From Candidatus Daviesbacteria bacterium (GTDB taxonomy: Bacteria; Patescibacteriota; Microgenomatia; Daviesbacterales; UBA10151): DNA of 64,000 nt. The DNA is taken from NCBI GenBank assembly GCA_016187025.1, contig JACPKM010000004.1, positions 99,637 to 163,636 on the forward strand, read 5' to 3'. The notes beneath the pieces are model-generated. The model was not told where the DNA came from, did not search any database, and worked only from the letters and a program-made list of their open reading frames with translations. The position numbers and the translations under genes were made by a program. Below are positions 39,250 to 48,669 of the stretch, in pieces; the stretch's first letter is position 1; each line of letters starts with the position of its first letter.

Positions 39250-40311
39250 ATGAATAAAGATACTAAACATATTATTAATGAACCTCAGGTTTTGGAGACT
39301 GCAGTAGAGACTGTTGAGGAGGAGGAGAAATTATTTAACTCTCTTAGAGCCAGCGATTGGGATGAGTTTATCGGTCAGGAGAAGATTAAAGAGTCGCTTC
39401 ATATTGCTATCACTGCTGCTAAAAAAAGAGGGGAGGCAATGGAGCATACCCTGCTTTATGGCCCTCCCGGATTGGGTAAAACAACATTGGCTCATTTAAT
39501 AGCTAAAGGAATGGGCAGTAATATCAGAGTCACCTCCGGTCCGGCCATTGAAAGAGCCGGAGATCTGGCTGCTATTTTAACCAGCCTGGAGCCTCATGAT
39601 ATTTTATTTATTGATGAAATCCACAGATTAAGTAAGGTAGTGGAAGAAACCCTTTATCCTGCGATGGAAGATTTTGCTTTGGATATGGTAATTGGTAAAG
39701 GCCCATCAGCCAGAACTTTAAGATTGGAACTACCACAGATTACTATTATCGGAGCAACTACCAGAATTGGCATGGTTTCCTCGCCTTTAAGGGATCGTTT
39801 CGGAGTAATTCATAGATTATCTTTCTATACCCCGGAAGAGCTTTCTCAAATTATTAAGCGGGCTGCTAAAAAACTCAAGGTTCCGATAGACCAGGAAGAA
39901 GTTACTCAGCTTTCTAAAAGAGCCCGCGGTACACCAAGAATTGCCTTAAAACTTCTCAAAAGAGTGAGAGATGTGACAGAAGTACACGGACAAGGAAAAG
40001 TTACCAAAGAGCTTCTTAGCCAGACCCTGGATTTACTTGAAGTTGACCCATTAGGACTGGATGATTCAGACCGAAGATTACTCCTAACTATTATTGATAA
40101 ATTTAACGGCGGACCGGTTGGAATAGAAACTCTGGCAGCCACTATCTCTGAGGATATTGGTACCATTGAAGAAGTCATTGAACCATATCTTATGCAGGTA
40201 GGCTTTTTGAAACGAACTTCCAGAGGAAGAGTAGTCACTGAGTCAGCTTATCTACACTTAGGTAAACCCGCACCTTCATTAACAGAACAGAAATCGTTAT
40301 TTGAAAAATAA
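39250..40311 (+). CDS. ruvB: Holliday junction ATP-dependent DNA helicase RuvB
   Basis: [14 protein letters not shown] Walker A and the RuvB sensor and winged-helix regions. Confidence 0.92.
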   Translation: MNKDTKHIINEPQVLETAVETVEEEEKLFNSLRASDWDEFIGQEKIKESLHIAITAAKKRGEAMEHTLLYGPPGLGKTTLAHLIAKGMGSNIRVTSGPAIERAGDLAAILTSLEPHDILFIDEIHRLSKVVEETLYPAMEDFALDMVIGKGPSARTLRLELPQITIIGATTRIGMVSSPLRDRFGVIHRLSFYTPEELSQIIKRAAKKLKVPIDQEEVTQLSKRARGTPRIALKLLKRVRDVTEVHGQGKVTKELLSQTLDLLEVDPLGLDDSDRRLLLTIIDKFNGGPVGIETLAATISEDIGTIEEVIEPYLMQVGFLKRTSRGRVVTESAYLHLGKPAPSLTEQKSLFEK

Positions 40312-40401
40312 ATGAGTGACCCAGCAACTGTAGTATATAAGAATAGTATGATCACAAGACAAATAACATGCTAACAAACAAGAGGAAGCACTAATTGTCT
40401 A

Positions 40402-40430
40402 TTGACAACGGCTAGTTCATAGAGTATTGT
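40402..40430 (+). promoter_or_regulatory. Candidate promoter TTGACA-17nt-TATTGT
   Basis: A -35/-10-like pair upstream of the 40457 gene. Confidence 0.25.
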
Positions 40431-40456
40431 TAATACAATGCTATCAACAAAGGGAC

Positions 40457-40852
40457 ATGCAAGTTAATGCTATGAAATTTGAGCCATTTCAAGGTAAACA
40501 TAAAAGATTCAGCCGTAATTCGATAAGCATTACAATAGTTTGCGGTATTGGTTTTAACTCTGGTTTTTATTTCAGAAATAAAATTGAAAATTTTGATTAC
40601 GTGCTTTTATTTTTCGACAAAGAACAACAAGCAATTGGGTTCCAATTTCTAAAAGACGGAAAAGTTCCGGGAGTATTAAAAATAAATCATGAGCCAAGAG
40701 GTAATTCAGGATCTACCTCGGCATCAGCTTTTTTCAAAGCTTATGATATTGATGCTAAAACTTCTAAGGGTAGGTATGAACCAAAGGAACACGTCGATCA
40801 AAAATTAGGCAAGATATTCTATATTTCCTTAAAAGAAAAAATTAAAGAGTGA
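40457..40852 (+). CDS. Hypothetical protein; first gene of a three-gene nuclease operon
   Basis: ORF with the start placed at an ATG with an AAGGGA SD. The ORF-track start is a TTG at 40427. Confidence 0.4.
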   Translation: MQVNAMKFEPFQGKHKRFSRNSISITIVCGIGFNSGFYFRNKIENFDYVLLFFDKEQQAIGFQFLKDGKVPGVLKINHEPRGNSGSTSASAFFKAYDIDAKTSKGRYEPKEHVDQKLGKIFYISLKEKIKE

Positions 40853-41124
40853 AGACTAGCTATTATCATATAGATTATATTAATCAGCTACCTACATTTT
40901 CTGGCATTTATTGGTTATTTGAATCAAGCAACGGAATATTAAATCTTGTTTATCTTGGTAAAAGCCGAAATATACGACAGCGATTAAGAGATCATAGTCA
41001 ATCAAAATCACATAGATTTGATTTTTTTACTTATGAATTTTACCCAGAAAGAAAATTGAGAAAGAAATGTTATCAGATTATAAACAAAGATTCGAACATT
41101 TACCTAGATACAATAAACAATTAG
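40849..41124 (+). CDS. Small GIY-YIG nuclease domain protein
   Basis: SGIYWLFE...LVYLGKSRNIRQRLRDH (GIY...YLG...R...H). The GTG start overlaps the upstream stop (GTGA). Confidence 0.65.
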   Translation: MKTSYYHIDYINQLPTFSGIYWLFESSNGILNLVYLGKSRNIRQRLRDHSQSKSHRFDFFTYEFYPERKLRKKCYQIINKDSNIYLDTINN

Positions 41125-41137
41125 GTTAATTCTACTT

Positions 41138-41674
41138 ATGGCAAAAAAAGAGAAGAGATCAAAAACAATGAAAATTTATGCTTTTATTGATAGTCAAAAT
41201 TTAAATTTAGGGACAAGCAAAGATATTTTTCATGGAAGGAAACTAATTTATAAGGGCTGGAAACTAGATTTTAAAAAATTTAGAAAATATTTATCAGATA
41301 AATTCCGTGTAGACAAGGCGTTTCTGTGTATTGGATATATAAAACAGAATGAGAAATTATATAAGCACCTCAAATCTTTTGGATATGAACTTGTATTTAA
41401 GCCTACAGTGAAAGATAATCAGGGTAAATCAAAAGGCAATGTTGATGCAGAATTAGTTTTGCACGCAGCAGCAATACAATTTTCTGAATATGATAGAGCA
41501 GTAATTGTATCAGGAGATGGTGATTTTTACTGCCTGTATGAATTCTTAGAAAAGAACAAAAAGTTATTTAAAATCATAATCCCAAATAGGAAATCAGAAT
41601 CTTCCTTACTCAAACAATTCCAGGATTACAAGATATTTTTGATTAGGGATAAGGATAAAGTTGAAAGAAAATGA
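41138..41674 (+). CDS. NYN/LabA-like (PIN-fold) predicted RNase
   Basis: IYAFIDSQNL...GNVDAELVLHA...VIVSGDGDF are the acidic motifs of PF01936. Confidence 0.7.
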   Translation: MAKKEKRSKTMKIYAFIDSQNLNLGTSKDIFHGRKLIYKGWKLDFKKFRKYLSDKFRVDKAFLCIGYIKQNEKLYKHLKSFGYELVFKPTVKDNQGKSKGNVDAELVLHAAAIQFSEYDRAVIVSGDGDFYCLYEFLEKNKKLFKIIIPNRKSESSLLKQFQDYKIFLIRDKDKVERK

Positions 41675-41678
41675 GCAA

Positions 41679-41757
41679 ATAAAATGGGAGGCGTAGCAAT
41701 ATGACACGTAGTCATATGGTCGTTTCTCCCTAGTGATAAATCTATTTTAACATAACA
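41679..41757 (+). repeat. ~80-nt structured repeat, copy B
   Basis: Matches 36291-36368. Its inner hairpin is ATATGAC-ACGTA-GTCATAT. It ends 37 nt upstream of the ychF start. Confidence 0.8.
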
Positions 41758-41794
41758 AGGGGTAAAAATTCAATATCATGAATATAAAGAAAGG

Positions 41795-42883
41795 TTGGGT
41801 TTTGTTCTGAAAGTGGGAATAGTAGGTCTTCCGAATGTGGGGAAAAGCACACTTTTTAATGCTTTGTTGAAAAAAAGGGTGGCTTTATCCGCTAATTATC
41901 CTTTTGCCACGATTGAGCCAAATGTGGGGGTGGTGGTTGTTCCTGATGACAGGTTAAACAAACTGGCTGAGCTGGTTAAGGAAGAAGAAAAGATGGATTT
42001 TTTGCCCCCTTTGGTCCCCGCTGTTGTAGAGTTTTTAGATATTGCGGGTTTGGTAAAAGGCGCTTCAACCGGTGCCGGTTTAGGGAACCAATTTTTATCA
42101 CATATTAGAGAAGTAGATGCAATTGTCCACGTGATTAGAGATTTTGAAGATGTTGTGGTGATTAGGGAAGGTAGTGTGAATCCTGAAGAAGATAAGTTAA
42201 CCATAGAAACAGAATTAGGCTTGGCTGATTTGCAGACTATAGAAAAAGGTCAAAGGTCAAAGTTCAAAGTTCAAAATGAAAGTTCAAAGTTCAAAAATTC
42301 TGCAATAGAAAAAATTAGTGTGGCTTTAAACAGTGGACAAATGGCAAATGAAGCAGATCTAACGGATGAGGAAAAAGAGGCGGTTAAGGAATTACACCTA
42401 CTTACTTTCAAACCAATTTTATATGTTTATAATGTTTCTGAGCAGGGTTACAATGAATCGCTGGAGCGATCAGATGTAACCGAGGATAGCTTGGTAATTA
42501 GTGCAAAACTTGAAGAAGAACTGGCAGATTTTTCGGAAGAGGAGAGAAAGAATTATTTAAAAGAGTTGGGGATTGAGGAAACAGGGTTAGAAAGGTTGAT
42601 TAAAAAAGCTTATGCGTTTTTAGGTCTAATTTCGTTCTTAACTGTCGGAAAAAAGGAAGTTAGAGCCTGGACCATTAAAAAAGAGACCAAAGCTCCGCAA
42701 GCCGCAGGGGTAATCCATACTGATTTTGAGAAAAAGTTTATCAGAGCTGAGGTTATAGAATATGAAAAGCTAGTTGACGCAGGATCTCGTGCAGCAGCCA
42801 AGCAGAAAGGTTGGGTGAGGACTGAGGGTAAGGATTATGAGGTAAAAGATGGTGATGTTATTGAGTTTTTGGTTTCTGCGTAG
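41795..42883 (+). CDS. ychF: Ribosome-binding ATPase YchF (Obg-like)
   Basis: GIVGLPNVGKST and a C-terminal TGS domain; TTG start. It contains a heptamer tandem repeat at 42246-42298. Confidence 0.88.
   Translation: MGFVLKVGIVGLPNVGKSTLFNALLKKRVALSANYPFATIEPNVGVVVVPDDRLNKLAELVKEEEKMDFLPPLVPAVVEFLDIAGLVKGASTGAGLGNQFLSHIREVDAIVHVIRDFEDVVVIREGSVNPEEDKLTIETELGLADLQTIEKGQRSKFKVQNESSKFKNSAIEKISVALNSGQMANEADLTDEEKEAVKELHLLTFKPILYVYNVSEQGYNESLERSDVTEDSLVISAKLEEELADFSEEERKNYLKELGIEETGLERLIKKAYAFLGLISFLTVGKKEVRAWTIKKETKAPQAAGVIHTDFEKKFIRAEVIEYEKLVDAGSRAAAKQKGWVRTEGKDYEVKDGDVIEFLVSA
42246..42298 (+). repeat. Tandem heptamer repeat (AAAGKTC)x~7 inside ychF
   Basis: AAAGGTC AAAGGTC AAAGTTC AAAGTTC AAAATGA AAGTTC AAAGTTC, encoding KGQRSKFKVQNESSKFK. 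Confidence 0.7.
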
Positions 42884-42897
42884 CATTATATTAGTTA

Positions 42898-44289
42898 ATG
42901 AGTAGGTTAAAACTCTCTTCAATCGATTCACTTGTATTTACCTGTTTGATTTTATCTCTTCCGCTTTTTTTTTATAAATTAGGACAATCCTCATTAGTGT
43001 CTTGGGATGAGGCATGGTATGCAGATATTTCACAAAATATTCTAATAAGAGGCGATTTATTTAACCTTGTATTTAATAGCCGGCCATTTGTAGATCAGCC
43101 ACCAGGGGGGTTTTGGATGACCGCCACTACTTTTAATATATTCGGCTTAACGGAATTTTCTGCCCGTCTCTCATCAGCAGTTCTAGGATTCTTATCTTTG
43201 TATGTACTATATCTCTTGGGGAGAAAGTTATTTAATAGGTGGGTAGGGTTTGCATCATCCATAGCGCTGTGTTCTTCATTTTGGTTTTTAAATAGGGCAA
43301 GATCAGGCAATTTAGACATTCCTTTAACCTTCTTTTTCCTACTAACCCTTTACCTTGGGTTACTTGCATCTAAAAATAGAAATTTTTTTATTCCATTTTC
43401 TGCAAGTCTGGCATTTTTATATATTGTTAAATCACTTTTACCTTTTGCCATACTTCCTGCACTTTTGATTATTTTTTGGAAGAACAAAATCTATAAATTA
43501 AAAGATTATTTAATTCCAGCTTTATTTGTCTTTGCCTTTTATGGGATCTGGTTAATATTACAGCTTATTAACGATGTATCACTTGTCCAAAGGCATCTTT
43601 TTCATAGTACAAGAGGAGCTTCACTTGGAAATGATTTTTTAAATAGTCTTAGGCTGTTTAAAACCTACCTTCATAATGGCATAGGGAAATGGTTTTGGCC
43701 TGGGATGTTAGGTATAGTGATGGGATTATCTTTTATAAAAGAAAAAAGATTTTTGCTGCTTTTGGTATTTTTCTTCTCATATGCAACTCCCTTTGTGTTT
43801 TCCCAGCAGCTTCATATCTGGCATTTAATACCTCTTCATCCAATAGTTATATTACTGTTTTTTGGTGGTTCATTTAATTTAGGTACTAAGCTGTTTAATT
43901 TGCTAAAGATTAAAGCTAGTTCATTGCTTTTGGGGAGTCTGCTTATGGCTTTTTCACTATATTTCGCATATCTGCAGATTAAAACCAGTTGGTATCAGTT
44001 TATTGACATACCAGCTTTTGTTTCAGATGAGGCTATTTTGTCCAGAGAAGCTAGCAAATATCCGGGTAAAATTTACATAGATGGAGATTTTGATCCAGCA
44101 GCCACTTTTTATTCTAGAAAAGAGGTGGAAAAGATCAAAAAAGAGCAGTTAAAGCAGGTAATAGATCAGGATAAACAATTTCTTGTAATAACAAATACTT
44201 GGAGACTTGAGGTAGAAAAAATTGATCCGCAAATTTATGAGATTTTAAAACAGGATAGGGACAAAGTCTTGGTTCGGAACATAAACTAA
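42898..44289 (+). CDS. GT-C family glycosyltransferase (GT39/ArnT/PMT-like)
   Basis: A polytopic membrane protein with an N-terminal DE-containing loop (SWDEAWYADI) and a C-terminal soluble domain. Confidence 0.65.
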   Translation: MSRLKLSSIDSLVFTCLILSLPLFFYKLGQSSLVSWDEAWYADISQNILIRGDLFNLVFNSRPFVDQPPGGFWMTATTFNIFGLTEFSARLSSAVLGFLSLYVLYLLGRKLFNRWVGFASSIALCSSFWFLNRARSGNLDIPLTFFFLLTLYLGLLASKNRNFFIPFSASLAFLYIVKSLLPFAILPALLIIFWKNKIYKLKDYLIPALFVFAFYGIWLILQLINDVSLVQRHLFHSTRGASLGNDFLNSLRLFKTYLHNGIGKWFWPGMLGIVMGLSFIKEKRFLLLLVFFFSYATPFVFSQQLHIWHLIPLHPIVILLFFGGSFNLGTKLFNLLKIKASSLLLGSLLMAFSLYFAYLQIKTSWYQFIDIPAFVSDEAILSREASKYPGKIYIDGDFDPAATFYSRKEVEKIKKEQLKQVIDQDKQFLVITNTWRLEVEKIDPQIYEILKQDRDKVLVRNIN

Positions 44290-44343
44290 TGTTTCTATCA
44301 AGCTATTGAATTTCTGGTGGTTAACTAGTAAAATTACACGGTC

Positions 44344-44625
44344 ATGCAAAATTATTATTTAACTCTGGTGCTAAAACCTGATTTAGAAGACAAAGATAAA
44401 GACCGTATTTTGGATGCGGTTAAAAAGCGTGTTGTGGGGGAAGAAGGCAAAGTCAGCAAAGAAGATAAATGGGGAAGCAGAGATTTAGTTTATCCAATAA
44501 AGAAAAACTCTAAAGGATTTTATATGCACTATGAGATAGAAACAGAACCAGCTCGGGTAAAAGGCCTTGACAAATTTTTACAACTAGAGGAAGATATATT
44601 GCGGTACCTGTTGGTACGAGTCTAA
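44344..44625 (+). CDS. rpsF: 30S ribosomal protein S6
   Basis: MQNYYLTLVLKPDL...GFYMHYEIE, in the rpsF-ssb-rpsR arrangement. Confidence 0.88.
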   Translation: MQNYYLTLVLKPDLEDKDKDRILDAVKKRVVGEEGKVSKEDKWGSRDLVYPIKKNSKGFYMHYEIETEPARVKGLDKFLQLEEDILRYLLVRV

Positions 44626-44641
44626 GTAAAAAGGCAAAAAG

Positions 44642-45166
44642 ATGGCGAGTAGAAGTTGGAATCGGGTTGAGTTAATAGGAAATCTTACAAGAGATCCAGA
44701 GCTTCGATATACTCCAAATGGTGCTGCTGTTTGTACTTTCGGACTGGCTACTAACCGCTCGTTTGTTTCAGAGGGAGAAAGAAAAGAAGAGGTAGATTTT
44801 CATCGTCTTGTTGCTTGGAATAAATTAGCTGAGCTTTGTAATCAACTTTTGAAAAAAGGATTAAAAGTGTTTGTTTCTGGAAGGTTACAAACCAGGTCTT
44901 GGGAGGGACAAGATGGACAGACCAAGCAAGTAACAGAGATTGTAGTTGAAGATATGATAGTACTTTCACCCAAAGGAGAAGGATTATCAGTGCAGGCAAG
45001 TGAAGAGGTTAGTCTCGATGAGGTATCTGCTCCTAGGGAAAAGACTGAACGCTCTGTTGTTAAAGAAACTTCTCTTGAAGAAAAGAAAGAAGAAAAGCCA
45101 AAGGTTGCTGCTTCTGCTCCAAAAGAAGAGGTTAAAGAAGAAGAAATTGACGACCTTCCATTTTAA
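44642..45166 (+). CDS. ssb: Single-stranded DNA-binding protein
   Basis: OB-fold N-terminus and an acidic tail ending DDLPF. Confidence 0.88.
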   Translation: MASRSWNRVELIGNLTRDPELRYTPNGAAVCTFGLATNRSFVSEGERKEEVDFHRLVAWNKLAELCNQLLKKGLKVFVSGRLQTRSWEGQDGQTKQVTEIVVEDMIVLSPKGEGLSVQASEEVSLDEVSAPREKTERSVVKETSLEEKKEEKPKVAASAPKEEVKEEEIDDLPF

Positions 45167-45206
45167 AATCTTGATTAATACCAACAAATATGGCAAAATT
45201 GTCGGC

Positions 45207-45572
45207 ATGAAAAAAGAAATACCTGTACAAGCCAAAAAAGCAATTATCCCTCTGGGGGCAGTTTCCCGTAGGCAAATTAAGCCTATTGCTCCTCGCTCAG
45301 ATGCTGATGCTGTTGGAACAGAAGATAGCTTCTCAGTTGAAAAAGAAATTAGTGTTACCTCAGTCCAAACTAAGAGAAAATGCTCTTTTTGCGCTGCAAA
45401 AGCAACACCTTCCTATACAGATATAGCTACCTTAAAAAGGTACCTAACAGACCGGGCAAGAATTGTATCTAAAGAGAAATCCGGTATTTGCTCTAAACAT
45501 CAACGCAGAATTACTAAAGAAATTAAACACGCAAGACATCTGGCCTTGCTTTCATTCACCCCCAGAGTTTAG
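45207..45572 (+). CDS. rpsR: 30S ribosomal protein S18 with an N-terminal extension
   Basis: CSFC...RISKEKSGICSKHQRRITKEIKHARHLALL. The upstream K-rich part of the long ORF overlaps ssb and was discarded. Confidence 0.8.
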   Translation: MKKEIPVQAKKAIIPLGAVSRRQIKPIAPRSDADAVGTEDSFSVEKEISVTSVQTKRKCSFCAAKATPSYTDIATLKRYLTDRARIVSKEKSGICSKHQRRITKEIKHARHLALLSFTPRV

Positions 45573-45613
45573 TAGAATTAATGAAGAGTTGGGAATATTC
45601 TTAACTCATATTT

Positions 45614-46255
45614 ATGCCTGCCTTAAAGGGAATTTTTGAGCAATTTGAAGATATAGAAAATCTTTCGGTGACAGATTTATCTCACTGGCTAAATCCCATC
45701 CAGCAAATAACAAATATTGAAAATCACATTGCAAATCGCATTCTTTACCCCCAAACCTTACCTGTAAACAAAGATGATTTTAAGATTGATTTGGCGATAT
45801 TAAGGGAAGCTTTAAAAAGAGTCGGTATGGCAAATAAGGCAAATCGCTTTATTGATAAACAATCACACAAAATATTGATCCCAACTGATTTTATAAAATT
45901 TATCCCCAATCTAAACCAGCTAGTTTGGGCTTTTGTAGATGGATTATTTTCTGAATTGAATAAATCTGATGGTTCAAATGACTTATGGCTGATAGTTTTA
46001 TCAGGCGATTCCAATGAAATTGTGGGAACACTTTTAATTCCCAATTTTCAAGGCGGAGGAGATTTATTGGAACTTGGTGTGCAAGGAAAGATTTTTAAGA
46101 TTAAAGCTGGAAGTTTGAGTGTTATCCCTTGTTTTTCTGACAGCTGCCGTGTGGTGTTTAAGGTAAATAAAGGATTATTACTAGGCTCACAAGAGAGTGC
46201 AATTGATTTAAGAGGTGGAAAGCTTGGAATTATGATAGATGGAAGGATTAAATAA
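45614..46255 (+). CDS. Hypothetical protein (213 aa)
   Basis: ORF coupled to the next gene by a TAATG overlap. Confidence 0.45.
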   Translation: MPALKGIFEQFEDIENLSVTDLSHWLNPIQQITNIENHIANRILYPQTLPVNKDDFKIDLAILREALKRVGMANKANRFIDKQSHKILIPTDFIKFIPNLNQLVWAFVDGLFSELNKSDGSNDLWLIVLSGDSNEIVGTLLIPNFQGGGDLLELGVQGKIFKIKAGSLSVIPCFSDSCRVVFKVNKGLLLGSQESAIDLRGGKLGIMIDGRIK

Positions 46256-47394
46256 TGCAGTTTGTTTACAAAAGGGTAAGAATTGAAAAAGACAAGATAA
46301 TTAGAATAGAAAGAAGCATTTTTGGATCAGGTAAAATTTTGGTTCAAGTTGGGCAAGAAGTTTCTCCGGCTGAGCTTATTGGAAAAACCATAACTACTGG
46401 AGGGTATAAAAAGATCAATTTAGCAATTACTCTTTCTGTTCATCCCAAACGAGTGAAAGCTTTTCTACAAAAAAGTTTGGGACAACGAATCTATAAAGGT
46501 GAGGTCTTGGCAAGAAAAAAAGGTAGTCTTTTTGTTAAAGAAAAAATTATTCTTGCCTCAAGTGATGCTTTAGTTGATTCCTTAGATGAGCAAACAGGCG
46601 AGGTAAAGCTGAGTTTGCTTCCCAAAACCTCAGAGATACCTGCTGCTGTTTATGGCGTGGTAGAAGAAGTAGATCCAATTAAAGGTAAAGTAGTCATCAA
46701 AACCAAAGCTGATCTTATTTTTGGTATATGCGGCAGTGGTAGACAAAGAGAGGGTATGCTGCAAATCTTTGATGAACGTGGGGGATTACTTAACAAAAAC
46801 CAGATTCCAACAGGAAGCTTTAATCATATTTTGGTAGGTGGAGGATTGGTTTACAAAGAAGCAATTGCTAAAGCTATTTCAGAGAATGTAAGCGGGATAA
46901 TTGCCGGAGGGATAAATGTTTCTGATTTTAGAGGAATCGGGGGAGGTAGACTCCAGTTTAACGGTCAAAGATCTAGTGACATTGGGACATCAATTGTGAT
47001 TACAGAAGGCTTTGGGTCGCTATCAATAGGTGAAGATATTTATAATGTTTTAAAAGGTCATGAACATAAATTTGCTTTGATTGATGGTAACAAAGGCTTG
47101 GTTATTTTACCTGCCTTTGATGAAGCCAGTTTGTCAACAATTAAAAAGACCCAGCTTCCTAAAGTTGAAATTTCTTTGCATTCACCAATTTCTTCTAAGC
47201 TAGAATCAATTGAACTCAAATTAGGCCAAACTGCAAGAATAATAGCCCCTCCATATATGGCTGAACAGGGCAAAATAATTGCAATTGATAAAACACAAAC
47301 TGAGTTACCATCTGGTTTAAAGTCATTTTTGATAACTTTGGAGACCCCTACCCGCAAGATTAAGGTTCCTCCTTTTAATATTGAGGTAATTTAG
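46255..47394 (+). CDS. Hypothetical protein (379 aa) with Gly-rich segments
   Basis: ORF with no family recognised. Confidence 0.45.
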   Translation: MQFVYKRVRIEKDKIIRIERSIFGSGKILVQVGQEVSPAELIGKTITTGGYKKINLAITLSVHPKRVKAFLQKSLGQRIYKGEVLARKKGSLFVKEKIILASSDALVDSLDEQTGEVKLSLLPKTSEIPAAVYGVVEEVDPIKGKVVIKTKADLIFGICGSGRQREGMLQIFDERGGLLNKNQIPTGSFNHILVGGGLVYKEAIAKAISENVSGIIAGGINVSDFRGIGGGRLQFNGQRSSDIGTSIVITEGFGSLSIGEDIYNVLKGHEHKFALIDGNKGLVILPAFDEASLSTIKKTQLPKVEISLHSPISSKLESIELKLGQTARIIAPPYMAEQGKIIAIDKTQTELPSGLKSFLITLETPTRKIKVPPFNIEVI

Positions 47395-47410
47395 AGTAAA
47401 ATACAAAATT

Positions 47411-48667
47411 ATGAATAAGGCTCTGGAACAAATCAAGAACCTTTTCCTAAAAATTAACACAGGGGTTTTGCTTGTCACCATTTTAGCTTTTATTTTAGGC
47501 TGGCAACTGGGACATAAGGATGTAGAGCTTAAATGGCAAGGCTTTAGGTCTAGTATTAATGTAGAAAATAAAGAACCACCAAGAAATATCAATATCGATT
47601 TTAAGCTTTTTTGGGATACTTGGGATTTAGTAAATAAGCACTACTTTGATAAATCTGCTCTGGATCCAACAAAAATGTTTTATGGAGCAGTTCAAGGTAT
47701 GGTAGCAGCAATAGGTGATCCTTACACAGTATTTTTACCCCCAACACAACAGAAAGTGAGTAAAGAGGAGTTAAATGGTAGTTTTGAAGGGGTTGGGATA
47801 CAGCTTGGATTCAATCAAGACAAAAGATTGGTAGTAATGTCTCCTTTAAGCGGTTCTCCTGCAGAGAAAGCTGGTATCCAGCCAGAAGATATTATTGTGA
47901 GAATTGACGGTAAAGACACCAGTAATATGACTCTTCCTCAGGCAGTGGAGGTTATCAGGGGTCCAAAAGGAACTGAGGTTGTATTAACAATTTTTAGAGA
48001 AGGTGATACAGATACCAAGGATTATACTCTCATAAGAGATACGATTATTGTAAAAAGTGTTGAGCTCTCTTATAAAGATTCTACGGCTGGTAAAAAGATT
48101 GCCCATATAAAACTTACCAGGTTTGGTGAAAGAACCGAGGATGAGTGGAATCAATCGATTACTGATGTTATCTCAAAAAACGCAGAAGGTGTAGTTTTAG
48201 ATGTCCGGAATAATCCAGGAGGTTATTTAGAAGGTGCTGTATTTATTGCTTCAGAATTTCTGGATGGAGGAGATGTGGTGTTGCAGGAAAATAATAGAGG
48301 AGAAAGGATGCCTTATAGGGTAAATAGGAGTGGGAAATTACTTAAGCTGCCTATGGTGGTTTTGATAAATAAAGGTTCTGCATCAGCTTCAGAAATAGTT
48401 GCAGGTGCTCTGCAAGACAGAGACAGAGCAGAGCTTGTAGGGACTAAGTCCTTTGGTAAGGGGACTATACAGGAGGCTCAAGAACTTCCCGGTGGTACAG
48501 GTATTCATATTACGGTTGCTAAATGGTTAACACCAAAAGGTAGTTGGGTAAATGACAGCAAGGGCCTTGAGCCAGATGTTAAAATAGAAATGCCAAAGCC
48601 TGAGAATGGTGTTGTTGATGCTACCAAAGATCCGCAGTTTGACAAAGCTTTAGAGCTACTAGATTAA
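47411..48667 (+). CDS. ctpA: Carboxyl-terminal processing protease (S41)
   Basis: N-terminal anchor, PDZ domain, and catalytic Ser/Lys regions (GSASASEI). Confidence 0.85.
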   Translation: MNKALEQIKNLFLKINTGVLLVTILAFILGWQLGHKDVELKWQGFRSSINVENKEPPRNINIDFKLFWDTWDLVNKHYFDKSALDPTKMFYGAVQGMVAAIGDPYTVFLPPTQQKVSKEELNGSFEGVGIQLGFNQDKRLVVMSPLSGSPAEKAGIQPEDIIVRIDGKDTSNMTLPQAVEVIRGPKGTEVVLTIFREGDTDTKDYTLIRDTIIVKSVELSYKDSTAGKKIAHIKLTRFGERTEDEWNQSITDVISKNAEGVVLDVRNNPGGYLEGAVFIASEFLDGGDVVLQENNRGERMPYRVNRSGKLLKLPMVVLINKGSASASEIVAGALQDRDRAELVGTKSFGKGTIQEAQELPGGTGIHITVAKWLTPKGSWVNDSKGLEPDVKIEMPKPENGVVDATKDPQFDKALELLD

Positions 48668-48669
48668 TT

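Noticed and set aside
45000-45206. Lys/Leu-rich N-terminal 69 codons of the long ORF 45000-45572
   Set aside because: This part overlaps the 3' end of ssb in another frame. Only the downstream part, from the ATG at 45207, matches ribosomal protein S18.
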